A stretch of DNA of 64,000 nt, taken from the NCBI GenBank assembly GCA_963850905.1, contig CAWKMU010000003.1, forward strand, positions 2,240,001 through 2,304,000, in the 5' to 3' direction. The stretch is from an uncultured Gemmatimonadales bacterium. GTDB taxonomy: Bacteria > Gemmatimonadota > Gemmatimonadetes > Gemmatimonadales > Gemmatimonadaceae. A program made the translations under genes and the position numbers. Of the stretch, positions 30,734 through 41,041 are shown one piece after another; the first letter of the stretch is position 1, and each line of letters opens with the position of its first letter. Below the pieces are notes generated by a model. The model saw nothing but the letters and a program-made list of their open reading frames with translations, was not told the DNA's origin and searched no databases.

Positions 30734-31945
30734 ATGCGCCAGCGACTTGCATCGATACGTGAAAGCGGAGGCAGCCCGCGCCCGCTGCGCCTGCACACCA
30801 CGCCGCGCCGCGGCTTCACGCTCGCGGAAATGATGATCGCCGTGACGTTGATGCTCTTCATCTTCGCCATGGTTGTCCCGTTCCTGCAGACGCAGATGCA
30901 CGAGCTCGGCCAGAATGCCGGGAACCTGGATGCCCTCCAGAACGCGCGCTTCTCGCAGAACGCGATCGACCGCGAATTGCGTGTCGCGGGGGCGGGGGTT
31001 GTGCCGCAGCAGAGCTTCATCGTGCAGGCCGCGCCCCTCGCCGTCACCTTCAACGCGGACCTCGTGACCGCGGATTCGACGGACCCGCTGGCGGTCTATT
31101 TCGACCCCAACGTCGACACGTCGACCACCCACGCACTCCCCGCGGCCCAGGCCATCACCCTTCCCAACTCCGCGAACACCTATCCGGGACAGGATTACGT
31201 CTCGGCACCGGGCGTGTTGAGCACGGCCGAGACGATCTCGTACTATCTGCTCCCCGATTCGTCGCAGCCGATCCCGAACATGTACGCACTGTACCGTCGC
31301 GTAAACGCGGCGGCGGCAACCATTGTCAGCACGGGTATCTACGTCGCTCCGGGCACGGCGTTCTTCCAGTACTACAAGATCGACGCGGTGACCGGCGGCC
31401 TCGACTCGATTCCCAACGCGAGTCTGCCGCTCTACCACGTCGCGGTCGTGCATTCGAGTCCAGCCGATACGGGGCAGAGTGCGCAAACCGACAGCATTCG
31501 CGCCGTGCAGATGAAAGTCACGGGCATGTACGACGATCCGACCAAAGGGCCGATCTATCGTACGGTCTCGACCATGACCAAGCTGCTCAACGCCGGCCTG
31601 CTCTACGCGTCCGAGTGCGGGCAGCCGCCGATCGCGGTCACGACGCCGGCCGCCACGTGGTACGGTAGCAGCACGACCGACTCGGTGACCGTCACCTGGA
31701 CCGCGTCACCCGATCAGGACGGCGGCGAGAAGAATGTGATGTTCTACATGGTCTATCGCCGGCTGGTGGGCGGCAGCACCTGGGGGAACCCGGTTGTGTC
31801 CGTCACGGCGGGCTCACCCACGTACGAGTTCAATGACCCCTCGGCGCCCAATCTGCACGGCAACTACCAGTACGACGTGCTGGCGCAGAACTGCACGCCC
31901 TCGAACTCGGGCGACGCCATCAGCAACTCTGTCACGCTCCCGTAA
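30734..31945 (+). CDS. Type IV minor pilin, PilW/GspJ-like, with C-terminal FN3-like domain (cluster 1)
   Basis: RRG|FTLAEMMIAV, ELRVAG. C-terminal VTVTWTASPD..YMVYRR..YEF.D..YQYDV.A is an FN3-like pattern. Confidence 0.86.
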   Translation: MRQRLASIRESGGSPRPLRLHTTPRRGFTLAEMMIAVTLMLFIFAMVVPFLQTQMHELGQNAGNLDALQNARFSQNAIDRELRVAGAGVVPQQSFIVQAAPLAVTFNADLVTADSTDPLAVYFDPNVDTSTTHALPAAQAITLPNSANTYPGQDYVSAPGVLSTAETISYYLLPDSSQPIPNMYALYRRVNAAAATIVSTGIYVAPGTAFFQYYKIDAVTGGLDSIPNASLPLYHVAVVHSSPADTGQSAQTDSIRAVQMKVTGMYDDPTKGPIYRTVSTMTKLLNAGLLYASECGQPPIAVTTPAATWYGSSTTDSVTVTWTASPDQDGGEKNVMFYMVYRRLVGGSTWGNPVVSVTAGSPTYEFNDPSAPNLHGNYQYDVLAQNCTPSNSGDAISNSVTLP

Positions 31946-31954
31946 GGACTCCCT

Positions 31955-34006
31955 ATGCGACGACCCGTTCGACCTCAAGCACTCGTCGGCCGCCTGATGC
32001 CCGCGCTCCGCGCGCGGCGCGGCAGCGCGATCATTCTCGTCATGCTGACGACAGTCGCGCTGGCCGCGCTGGCCCTCTCGGCCATTTTCATGTCATCGAG
32101 CTCTGTGCTCATGACCAAGTACTACGACAAGGAGCGCGACTTCCGCTACGCCGCGGAGCAAGCGATCCAGCTCGGCATGAGCCAGATGCAGCAGGACACG
32201 GCGTTGCACCTGCCCGACAGCGGCTTCGTGACGCTCCTGTCGAACGCGCAGCTCATGGACGCGTACAACAACCCAATCCCAACGGTCCGCGTGAACCTCT
32301 ACGCCGGCCAGAGTGGCACGAACACCGGGCAGTTCGGCGCTTTCGCTAGCCTCGTGGCGCAGGCGCAGGACTCATTGGGCAACACGCGCTACGTCCGGCG
32401 ACTGGAGCTCATGGAGGACAACTTCGCCCGGTTTGCGATGTTCATCAACAATTTCCCAGGTGGCATCTGCTACGCAAACGGCGAGTTCATTAAAGGCGTC
32501 GCCATGAGCAACACGAGCTGGTACTCCTGCCAGTCGCCTGGGCCGACATACTACGACACCGTCTCTGCCCATGGAACGGTCAGCGGGACGGCTACGTACA
32601 TGAAGGGGAGTAAGAACGGTGTGCCGATCATCCCGTTCCCGACGGTCGCGAGGCTGGCGGCGCTGCCGGGATACGCAGCCGCTGCGAACAACAGCTTCAC
32701 ATCGGTCACGCGGGGCACGCGCCTCGAGTTCGTCGCGGTCAACATGAATCCATCGGCCACGGACACGACCGAGGACGATCCGAATGAGGGCTTCTTCCGC
32801 GTCTTCAATGACACGGCGGGCAATACTTCGGGCGAGGGTGTGCAGGGCTCAGGGTTCGACCGCGCGTTCGGCTATTACTATGACTCGTCGACGGTCAATC
32901 ATTGGGCCGTCTACAACGACCAGTGTGGTGACTGGCACACGGTTGGCGGACGCGTGGAATTCTTCCCCGTCGCGGTACACAACCAGGCGTGGTTCAAGGC
33001 GGGCGTGTCGGGCGGTTCTCCGACCATCACGCAGCCGTGGGCCATCGATTCGATTCACACCAACGCGACCGGCGCGAATCGGGCGACGATCATGGGCCAC
33101 ACCACACCACGACAGGCGCGTTGCTACCCTGCAGGCGATCCGCACCTGGTAGCTGTCGAGCGCAATACCGGGTCCGGATACCTGGCGACGGACACCGCGA
33201 AGGGCGGGGAAGACTCGACCTTCACGCCGGTCAGCCGAAGCGGCTATTGGTCGGTCTGGACAGGGGGCGTGCCAGCTGGGCTGGCACCCGCGACGACCTG
33301 CGGGCAGCAATCGATCGGGAATACGTCGCTCTGTCCGCCGGGCATCAACACGGTCGAGGAGACGTACCTTTTCCCCCTCTACCGCGCGTACAACCCGAAC
33401 ACCAAAGGCGTCATCTACTTCAATGGCAGCGTCGGGATGAGTGGTTACTTGCGGGGCAACGTGACCGTGTACGCGTCCGGTAACGTGTACTTCACCGACG
33501 ATTTGTTCTACACGCAGGACCCGACCGTGAACGTCTGTGCGAATGAGCTCGGTATCATCGCCGGCGACACCCTCTACCTGGCAAACACGGCGATGAACCG
33601 GCCGCAGAACCCGACCACGCCCAGCAGCCCGACGGGGCCCGCGAACAGCGTGTTCATGAGCGACAACAAGAACTTCTATCTGGACGCAGTGACGCTGTCG
33701 CTGACGGCCGCGTTCGACGTGGAGAACTGGAACGGCGGCGCCTTGGGCATGGCGAACTGCGACGGGTTCAACGTCGGCGGTGGGTGCCTGGCGCAGACCG
33801 GCGGCGTGATCTCGCAAGGCATTGGCGTCACCTGGAACGGCTCAAACTCTGGGTTCCCGGAAAACCGCGCGGTTGACCCGTGCCTCTCGCAACAGTCGCC
33901 ACCCTATTTCCCGGTGACGGGCAAATACACGGCTAATCGCTACTACGAGCTCGATCCGGCCCAGTTCAACGTCGACTCGCTGTACAAGGGCCTACAGACG
34001 CAATAA
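31955..34006 (+). CDS. Large PilX/GspK-like minor pilin with Cys-containing C-terminal domain (cluster 1)
   Basis: RRG|SAIILVML (no Glu5, as in PilX), YAAE; about 550 aa of extracellular-type domain. Confidence 0.8.
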   Translation: MRRPVRPQALVGRLMPALRARRGSAIILVMLTTVALAALALSAIFMSSSSVLMTKYYDKERDFRYAAEQAIQLGMSQMQQDTALHLPDSGFVTLLSNAQLMDAYNNPIPTVRVNLYAGQSGTNTGQFGAFASLVAQAQDSLGNTRYVRRLELMEDNFARFAMFINNFPGGICYANGEFIKGVAMSNTSWYSCQSPGPTYYDTVSAHGTVSGTATYMKGSKNGVPIIPFPTVARLAALPGYAAAANNSFTSVTRGTRLEFVAVNMNPSATDTTEDDPNEGFFRVFNDTAGNTSGEGVQGSGFDRAFGYYYDSSTVNHWAVYNDQCGDWHTVGGRVEFFPVAVHNQAWFKAGVSGGSPTITQPWAIDSIHTNATGANRATIMGHTTPRQARCYPAGDPHLVAVERNTGSGYLATDTAKGGEDSTFTPVSRSGYWSVWTGGVPAGLAPATTCGQQSIGNTSLCPPGINTVEETYLFPLYRAYNPNTKGVIYFNGSVGMSGYLRGNVTVYASGNVYFTDDLFYTQDPTVNVCANELGIIAGDTLYLANTAMNRPQNPTTPSSPTGPANSVFMSDNKNFYLDAVTLSLTAAFDVENWNGGALGMANCDGFNVGGGCLAQTGGVISQGIGVTWNGSNSGFPENRAVDPCLSQQSPPYFPVTGKYTANRYYELDPAQFNVDSLYKGLQTQ

Positions 34007-34099
34007 TCCGCGCCGGAGCGACGCGGTCGGTTTCCGTCCCTTCGACACGGGCGTCCATGAAGCAATGGACGCCCGTGTTCGCGCTTCGCCCGGTCCGGA

Positions 34100-34873
34100 G
34101 TGGTCGTGGGCCTGATCGCCGCCCTCGTGCCGGCGCAGGCCTGTCGCACCCGACTGGAGGCCGCAGTTCATGGAGCGCATACGGTGCGTTTCTGCGACGA
34201 CTGGGTCACGCTCACGCGGGCATGCGAGTCAGAACCGGTGCATCTCGCGGTGTTCGACCTCTACGCTGCGGGTCACACCAGCTTTGATCAGGTGCGGCTT
34301 CTGCATCTCCGTTTCCCCCGGGTCGCGCTGCTCGGGTACGTAGCACTCGAGGCGCGACACGCACGCGACATGTTCGATCTGGCTCGATGCGGAGTCGACG
34401 ATCTCGTGGTCGCCGATGTCGATGATAATCCGACCTCCCTTCGGGCGCACGTCGACAAGGCCGAAGCGCGGAGCGCCGCAGCGGTCGTCCGTCCAGCCGT
34501 CGGCGGGTTGCCTACGCTCGTGCGGGATGCCGTCCTCGCGGCGGTCGCGAGAGCCCACGAGCGACTCACCGCCGAAACGCTCTCACGCCGCCTCACGACG
34601 ACCCGGCGCGAGCTGACAGAGGCGCTCGCAGGCGCCGGCCTGCCCCCGCCCAATCAGCTGCTCACGTGGGGCCGCTTGATCGTGGCTGCCCACCTGCTGG
34701 AAGAGACCGAGCAGAGTGCCGAAGGCGTCGCCGGCATTCTGGACTTTGCTTCGCCGAACGCCTTTCGCAGTGCCTGTCGGCGCTACCTGGGTGCCACGCC
34801 GCACGAGGTCCGCGCGCGCGGCGGAGCGGCACACGTCGCCAGCCTGCTACTGGGGGCGGCGCCGCGCAGTTAG
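34100..34873 (+). CDS. AraC-type HTH regulator with a degenerate receiver-like N-terminus
   Basis: C-terminal AEGVAGILDFASPNAFRSACRRYLGATPHEVR; N-terminal LAVFDL receiver-like strand. Start codon uncertain. Confidence 0.78.
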   Translation: MVVGLIAALVPAQACRTRLEAAVHGAHTVRFCDDWVTLTRACESEPVHLAVFDLYAAGHTSFDQVRLLHLRFPRVALLGYVALEARHARDMFDLARCGVDDLVVADVDDNPTSLRAHVDKAEARSAAAVVRPAVGGLPTLVRDAVLAAVARAHERLTAETLSRRLTTTRRELTEALAGAGLPPPNQLLTWGRLIVAAHLLEETEQSAEGVAGILDFASPNAFRSACRRYLGATPHEVRARGGAAHVASLLLGAAPRS

Positions 34874-34883
34874 ATCTCTGGAC

Positions 34884-35432
34884 ATGGATGGTGTGACCGC
34901 AGGAAACCCCAGCACCGTACGCATCCGGGATGCCGTCGCATCGGATGCGCACGCACTCTCGAGGTTCGCAGCCACGCTCTTTCGCGAGACCTATCGGCCG
35001 ACCGCTACCGCTGTCGACCTCGAAGCGTATGTCGCCACGCACTTCCGGCCCGAGGTGCAGGCAATGGAGATAGCCGCTCCCGATGGACGCACGCTCATCG
35101 CCGAAGTCAATGGGGAGCTGAGTGGCTATGCACAGCTCCAGACCGGATCGCCTCCGCCAATCGTGCAGGAACCGGGTGGGGCGCCGGCGCTGGCCGTGGA
35201 GATTCGTCGATTCTACGTCGCCCCTCAATGGCAAGGGCGAGGCATCGCACAGCAGCTGATGGCCGCCTGTCTCGAGACACGCCAGGACGGTCGTCCTGTC
35301 TGGCTCGGCGTCTTCGCGCACAATACGCGGGCGATCGCGTTCTACTCCAAATGCGGGTTCCGTATCGTCGGCGACACCACGTTCTATATGGGAGCGACGC
35401 CGGAGCGGGACCATGTGATGGTAAGGGGCTAG
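34884..35432 (+). CDS. GNAT N-acetyltransferase (PaiA-like)
   Basis: FRETY, EIRRFYV...QGRGIAQ.LM, WLGV..HN.RAIAFY.K.GF. Confidence 0.9.
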   Translation: MDGVTAGNPSTVRIRDAVASDAHALSRFAATLFRETYRPTATAVDLEAYVATHFRPEVQAMEIAAPDGRTLIAEVNGELSGYAQLQTGSPPPIVQEPGGAPALAVEIRRFYVAPQWQGRGIAQQLMAACLETRQDGRPVWLGVFAHNTRAIAFYSKCGFRIVGDTTFYMGATPERDHVMVRG

Positions 35433-35448
35433 CGTCAGCGTCCAGCGT

Positions 35449-36360
35449 CTACGGGAAAACCGTGACCGTCGCGGATCCCGTGACACCATCTGGCGTACGT
35501 GCCGTGATCTGTGTGCTGCCGCCGGTGGTCGTGACTGCAGTCACCAGTCCGTGCTTGTTCACAGTCGCGACGGTGGGATCAGCGCTCGACCACGAGAGAG
35601 TCCGCTGGCCAGTCACGTCGTTGCCAAAGGTGTCCGTGAGCGCAGCGCTGAACTGCATCTGCTGCGCCAGGAGAAACGAGCCGCTCGTGCTCAAATAGGT
35701 AAACTGGGGACTGACTGTTACGCCCGAGATGTGACCGATCACCTTGACCGTCGCGCTGCCCGAGGGGAATCCCGAGTCGGGACTGGTAGCGGTGATGGTC
35801 GCCGTCCCGGTGCCGCTGTTCGTTCCGATCACCAATCCACCAGTGACGGAGACCAGCGCGCTATTGGTCGACCAGAACAACGGGCTGCTGGCGATCACAT
35901 GTCCCGCGGAATCGTAAGCGGTCGCCGCCAGGTGAGCGGTGTCACCAGGATGGCCCGCGTAGATGCTGTCGGCGGGTGGGGCGATCCTCACAGTCTTGAT
36001 GATCGGTTGCACGACAATGACACGCGCAAAGCCGTTGAGCCCTTGCGCGCTGGCGCCGACCTGTGCCACACCCGGTTGATGTGCGGCCACGACCCCAGAT
36101 TGGCTCACGGTGGCGACCAGGCTGTCGCTCGTCGACCAGTAGAACCTCTGGCGGGGCAGGGTGCTGCCCGAAACGCTGCGGGCGAGCGCCGAAAGGTCTT
36201 CCGAGTTGCCCGTAGCCAGGGAAACCGAATCCGGTGTCACCGAGATAGTGGCGATCGCGTCGGTGCTCGGAGCTACGGCGCCGGGTCCGCAGGCAGACAG
36301 TGCACCCGCCAAAGCTGTGGCAGCGACGGCAACACGACAGCCCGCCCGGAGAAGTTGCAT
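35449..36360 (-). CDS. Lipoprotein with tandem Ig-like (Big_2) domains
   Basis: Lipobox LSAC; repeated W.S.D..VATV...G.V.A...G...I.A motifs. Confidence 0.85.
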   Translation of the reverse strand: MQLLRAGCRVAVAATALAGALSACGPGAVAPSTDAIATISVTPDSVSLATGNSEDLSALARSVSGSTLPRQRFYWSTSDSLVATVSQSGVVAAHQPGVAQVGASAQGLNGFARVIVVQPIIKTVRIAPPADSIYAGHPGDTAHLAATAYDSAGHVIASSPLFWSTNSALVSVTGGLVIGTNSGTGTATITATSPDSGFPSGSATVKVIGHISGVTVSPQFTYLSTSGSFLLAQQMQFSAALTDTFGNDVTGQRTLSWSSADPTVATVNKHGLVTAVTTTGGSTQITARTPDGVTGSATVTVFP

Positions 36361-36524
36361 ACGTGCTCCGGGGTCTGGGGTGTTGTGCGAGCCTGTCTGC
36401 CCCGCAGCGAGCGCGGCCACGCGGCCCAGATCCGCAGAAGCTGTGCCGGTAACCGGCACAGCCATCAAACCCTTACATCGGCTGAAGTACTGCGGCGCGC
36501 GTGCTGCAGCACTCGAGAGACGGT

Positions 36525-38405
36525 CTACGGGCTATTGCCGTGTGGGAAAGACCCGGCCGGGGATTTCGCACTCGTCGGGCGGGACCGCACACCCGCGCTT
36601 GGCACGATCGGCGAAATGGACTGAGGTCCGGCGGGCCGCGCCATCCCCTCGTCGGCACCTCGATCGGCGCCGTCCGAGGCGGGAGTCGGTTCGGCCTGGG
36701 TCTGCCTCGAGGGGGCAGGTGCCTGGCTTGAATCCGCAGGCGAGTTGCTGGGATTAGGGGCCGCGCTCGACTGGGACTGAACCGTCGTGTCCGAGTCGGT
36801 GTTGCCAACGGAATCTGCGCCCGTGGATCCAGGCGCGGGTGCTGCGACCGAGGCCGTCGAATCCGTATCGTCAGGTTCGCCCTGCCCGGTACTCGGATGC
36901 GATCGATGGTGGGTGGCCGCAACGGCGATGAGCCCCACAACAACGACGGCAGCGATAGCAGCCGCAATGCGTCGCGCTCCTGGCCGGTGCCACCAGGGCA
37001 AGAATGAATCGGAGTCGAAGCCCCCGTCCAGCGCCGCGACGTCCGAGGTGAGCACGAGATCGGCTCGCGGGAACACCTTGGGCCGAGACCGAATGGGTCC
37101 GGTCAGTGCCGCGGCCTCGGGGAACTCTGACTCCCATGTCGGAACGCTGCTCGTAGCCTCGGGATTCTCTACGTTGCCCGTGGCCGTGGCCTCCGATGCG
37201 GTGGGACGTGTGACCTCGTCGGGGGCTGCGACCGGAACGGTGTCGATCGGTTCCGCCGGAGGCGTCTCGATGACCGAGTGGTCGTGCGGCTGCGTGTCGG
37301 GCTCCTCGTGCACGAGACCGAGCGTGATCGGAGCCGGACGATCGTCCGGCTCTGCCTCGACGTCGAGGAACGGCAGCATTGGCAGCACCGAGTCTTCGGT
37401 CTTTGCCGGCACCAGCGGGCTCGGGTCTTCAGTGGCGTAGAATCGCTCGGATGGTGCTGGCTCCCCCCGTAGGCGCGTGTCGATCGGCTCGCGTAGGTCA
37501 GCCGGCTCCGGCTCGTTGACTCGCCCAGGTATGGCGGCGGGCTGCGATCCATCGACCGGCTCCAAAGTGTCGGCCGCCTCGAGAGCGTCGGCCGGCTCGA
37601 GAGCGTCGGCCGGCTCGAGAGCGTCGGCCGGCTCGAGAGCGTCGGTCGCCTCGAGAGCGTCGGCAGCCACGAGAGCGTCGACCCGGTCTTCGGTCTCGAC
37701 TGGGGCCACTGTGCCGAGCGCCTCCGGGTCGTCGGGGGCGAGGCCCTGCCTGATGGGCGGCGCCGGGTCCCGCGTTTCGGACCCACTCGTCCCACTCGGG
37801 GCGGGCAGATTGAGCTCGATATCGAGGCCAATGTCGATTGGGAGATATGACGGCGTGGCATTTGGCTCGAGGTCAGCGGGATCGAGGTCTGACCCTGTTT
37901 TTGGGCGCACCTCCACGGCCCCGTCTTCCCTGGTGTCTCCAGGCGCACCTTGCCCCGCTTGATCTGGCCTCGGCCAAGTGTCTGAGGTCAGCCACGAAGG
38001 CTTGGAGACGGCACTCTCCTTTTCGGCCCCGGTTGGGTCAGCGGTGGGAGCATCGCTTGGCGGATCTGCAGGTTGTCCGGCGAAGGGGCGCCGCGCGCGC
38101 TCCAGTTCCTCCCAGGTCGGATCGCGCCCGTACATATAGGCTTCGAGGACCGTCGGAAGCGAGATTCGCTCCCCGGATTCGTACAGCCGGACATGCCAGT
38201 CATCGCCGGGCGGGTCCTCGGTGACGTCCCGTGGAGACGCGTAGTAGTCGAGATAGTCTCCGCGCGCATCCTGGCCGAAGTTGAAGCGCACACTCCAGCC
38301 GGCGTGCTGGATCAGCCCCGCTCGGCGGGTTGCTGCCGCGTCGGCCGGAAGGTGGAGGTCCCACCGTGCAAAGTCGTTTTCAAAAGCCTCCACCGCTCGG
38401 TCCAT
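36525..38405 (-). CDS. Hypothetical bitopic membrane protein with a folded N-terminal domain and long acidic Pro-rich linker
   Basis: GGAGGG RBS before ATG 38405; one TM segment (IAAAIAAVVVVGLIAVAA); internal ADALEP repeats. Confidence 0.68.
   Translation of the reverse strand: MDRAVEAFENDFARWDLHLPADAAATRRAGLIQHAGWSVRFNFGQDARGDYLDYYASPRDVTEDPPGDDWHVRLYESGERISLPTVLEAYMYGRDPTWEELERARRPFAGQPADPPSDAPTADPTGAEKESAVSKPSWLTSDTWPRPDQAGQGAPGDTREDGAVEVRPKTGSDLDPADLEPNATPSYLPIDIGLDIELNLPAPSGTSGSETRDPAPPIRQGLAPDDPEALGTVAPVETEDRVDALVAADALEATDALEPADALEPADALEPADALEAADTLEPVDGSQPAAIPGRVNEPEPADLREPIDTRLRGEPAPSERFYATEDPSPLVPAKTEDSVLPMLPFLDVEAEPDDRPAPITLGLVHEEPDTQPHDHSVIETPPAEPIDTVPVAAPDEVTRPTASEATATGNVENPEATSSVPTWESEFPEAAALTGPIRSRPKVFPRADLVLTSDVAALDGGFDSDSFLPWWHRPGARRIAAAIAAVVVVGLIAVAATHHRSHPSTGQGEPDDTDSTASVAAPAPGSTGADSVGNTDSDTTVQSQSSAAPNPSNSPADSSQAPAPSRQTQAEPTPASDGADRGADEGMARPAGPQSISPIVPSAGVRSRPTSAKSPAGSFPHGNSP
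37568..37680. repeat. 18-bp coding tandem repeat, about 6 copies (GTCGGCCGGCTCGAGAGC)
   Basis: Directly visible; encodes (ADALEP/A)n on the minus strand. Confidence 0.88.
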
Positions 38406-38541
38406 GCACCCTCCGCCCTCGACGGGCCGCGGGCCCCGGCGGCCGCCCCCAGGGGCGGGATGCGGATGGGCCCGAATAGGGACGACCGACACATCGGACG
38501 CGGAACGAGGAGAACCGAACAGAAGCCGGCATTTTCGATGA

Positions 38542-39693
38542 CTACATCTGTTCCGTTGCCGCGGCGAGGGCGACGAAGAACGCTTCCAATTCATCGTCGG
38601 TCGTGTAGAAGTGCGGCGACACTCGAATGCCGGCACCGGGCCGATAATCCACAACCACGTCTCGTCGGGCCAGCGTCTCGACAACCGCGTGCCCGTTCGG
38701 GACGTCGAGGGTGACGGTCCCGCCACGGACCGCGGGATCCCGCGGACATGCGACAGGTATGCCCGCCGCGTCGGCGAGCTCGATCAGACGTTGCGTCTGC
38801 CGAATGGATTTGGAGCGAATGGCCGGTACCCCAATTTCGCCCACGATCTCGTACCCCGACCGCGCCGCGTATAGGGCGGGCACGGCTGGTGTGCCGTTGA
38901 GAAAACGGTAGGCGTCATCGGCATACGCGATGGCCCCGTCCTCAAAGGCAAATGGCTGGCGATGGGCCATCCACCCCGTCAACCGCGGTTCGAGAGTCGG
39001 CCACAACTCCCGCCGCACGTACAGGTAACCAGCCCCCGGTCCCCCGCACAGCCATTTGACCGAGCCGCCCGTGGCGAAGTCCACCTGTAGCGCGCCAACG
39101 TCGACGGGAACGGTGCCCGCGGACTGGTACAGATCGACGAGCACGAGTGCTCCGACCTCATGCGCACGTCGGACAATGGCTGCCAGGTCCTGGACAAAGC
39201 CACTCCTGAACACGACGTGCGAGATCGAGACGAGCCGCGTGCGCTCGTCGATAGCCTCGAGCATCGGGCCCAGCGGAACCGTCATGCCGTCCTCGGACGC
39301 AACACCGGTGATGCACGCGCCCTCTCGCTCGAGCGCATGGAAGAGATAGAGGTTCGAGGGAAAATTGATCTCTTCGGTGACGAGACGATTACGGTCGGCC
39401 GGCCAGTCGAGCGCTGACAGCACCGTGGCTTGAGCGATCGACTGGTTCTGATGCATGACGACCTCGCCCGCCCCCGCGCCAATGATTCCGCCGATGAGAT
39501 CTCCCACGGTTCGCGGCATTTCCCACCACCCTTCGCTCCAGGCCCGCACCCCGCGCGAGGCCCAGACGTCGGTGAACTCCGACAGGCGTTCGCGCGTGCG
39601 CCGCGGCATCGCGCCGAGTGAATGGCTTACGAGGTAGACCGTGCGGTCAACAATTGGAAACTCCTTCCGCCAATTCAACAGATCGTCAGTCAT
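38542..39693 (-). CDS. kynU: Kynureninase-like class V PLP enzyme
   Basis: YL.SHSLG.MP, W...GVRAW, NFPS, DLYQSAG, GG.VKWLCGGPG, GW..H..PF and GTP motifs. Confidence 0.75.
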   Translation of the reverse strand: MTDDLLNWRKEFPIVDRTVYLVSHSLGAMPRRTRERLSEFTDVWASRGVRAWSEGWWEMPRTVGDLIGGIIGAGAGEVVMHQNQSIAQATVLSALDWPADRNRLVTEEINFPSNLYLFHALEREGACITGVASEDGMTVPLGPMLEAIDERTRLVSISHVVFRSGFVQDLAAIVRRAHEVGALVLVDLYQSAGTVPVDVGALQVDFATGGSVKWLCGGPGAGYLYVRRELWPTLEPRLTGWMAHRQPFAFEDGAIAYADDAYRFLNGTPAVPALYAARSGYEIVGEIGVPAIRSKSIRQTQRLIELADAAGIPVACPRDPAVRGGTVTLDVPNGHAVVETLARRDVVVDYRPGAGIRVSPHFYTTDDELEAFFVALAAATEQM

Positions 39694-39868
39694 GTCTCGG
39701 TCCTTGATTCGTATCTCGATGCGACTGCGCGAGTTGGGATATCACCCGCTAGCCTCCTGGCCCTGCCATACTTATGTTACCTCCGTGTCGCAATAGGCTG
39801 GGCCCGTCGACTAAGGTGGTCACATAATGCAGGTGGGAAGGAACGCCCCATCCGGACTCCGGACGGAA

Positions 39869-41041
39869 GTGGATATCTTACGGGGCGTGCCCCCGATTCT
39901 TCTGGCGGCGCTCATGGTCGCGGCGTGCGCAAGCGTGGGCGCGGCGCAAATGCCGGCTCCTCAGGCGACGCTACGATATACGGTCGACTCCGTGCACCGG
40001 GAGATCGTTGTCGAGTTATCACCGCTCAACCTGCCGGCGCATGCATCCCACCACGACATCGCACAGTTGCCCCCACAGGCGCTGGTGATCCCGGTGACGG
40101 GTTGGTTCGAGGGGTACGCCGGCGAAGTCGTCGACTCCGCCGGACGTCCCATCCCGCAGACGGTGATACATCACCTCAATTTGATCGTGCCGCAACGTCG
40201 CGAGCTCTTCAGCACGATCATGCAGCGAATGGGAGCCGCTGGGGCAGAGACGGCTCCGGTCAACCTGCCAGCGGTGTTTGGCCACCCGGTGCTGGGCTAT
40301 CCCGTTCATCAGGGGGATACCCTGCTCATCACGATCATGCTGAACAACCCGACCGCGGTGACATACCACGACGCGCGCCTCCGTGTGCGCCTGCCGTATG
40401 TCCCCCGCAGCGAGTGGCCGCGCCCGATTTCGATATTTCCCTTTTACGTCGACGTGACGCCGCCCGCGGGGCAACACGACTACGATCTGCCGCCGGGTCA
40501 TTCAGAGAAGAGCTGGGAGGGCCGTCCAGCCGTGTCGGGCCGAATGCTGGCGGTCGGTGGCCACTTGCACCAGTACGGGGTTGGGCTTCGATTCGAGGAC
40601 GTCACGACCGGTCGAGTGCTCTGGCAGACTGCGCCGATCACCGACGGAGCGGGACACGTGATCGGGTTCCCCACGAAGAAGTTCTGGTGGCGGTTCGGAG
40701 TGCCGCTATTCCCTGACCACACGTATCGCTTAACGGCGGTGTACGACAATCCGACGGGTCATACGATTCCTGACGGCGCGATGGGGACGCTGGGCGGAGT
40801 GTTTTTGCCACACGACATGGATCGATGGCCACCAGTCGATCGGACCACGGCGGAGTACCAGCGAGACGTAGTGGTGACGTACGACACCCGGATGGCAGAC
40901 ATGGATGACATGCATGGCATGGATCGATCGCCGAGGACGCAGCCCGCGGCACCGGGCGCGGCCGCGGAGACGCACGCGGGCATGCGCGAGGGCATGCTCA
41001 ACCCCAGCATTCCCACTCGACGCCCAGCCCAGACCCCGTGA
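39869..41041 (+). CDS. Secreted PHM/DBH-like copper type II monooxygenase-like protein
   Basis: Signal peptide; VIHHLNL, GGHLHQYG and YDNPTG...GAMG motifs; Met/His-rich tail; stop overlaps the next gene's GTG. Start approximate. Confidence 0.6.
   Translation: MDILRGVPPILLAALMVAACASVGAAQMPAPQATLRYTVDSVHREIVVELSPLNLPAHASHHDIAQLPPQALVIPVTGWFEGYAGEVVDSAGRPIPQTVIHHLNLIVPQRRELFSTIMQRMGAAGAETAPVNLPAVFGHPVLGYPVHQGDTLLITIMLNNPTAVTYHDARLRVRLPYVPRSEWPRPISIFPFYVDVTPPAGQHDYDLPPGHSEKSWEGRPAVSGRMLAVGGHLHQYGVGLRFEDVTTGRVLWQTAPITDGAGHVIGFPTKKFWWRFGVPLFPDHTYRLTAVYDNPTGHTIPDGAMGTLGGVFLPHDMDRWPPVDRTTAEYQRDVVVTYDTRMADMDDMHGMDRSPRTQPAAPGAAAETHAGMREGMLNPSIPTRRPAQTP

Noticed and set aside
37568..37680. Tandem repeats as a possible CRISPR array
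   Set aside because: The 18-bp units are contiguous, have no spacers and are in frame within a CDS; no cas genes are present.
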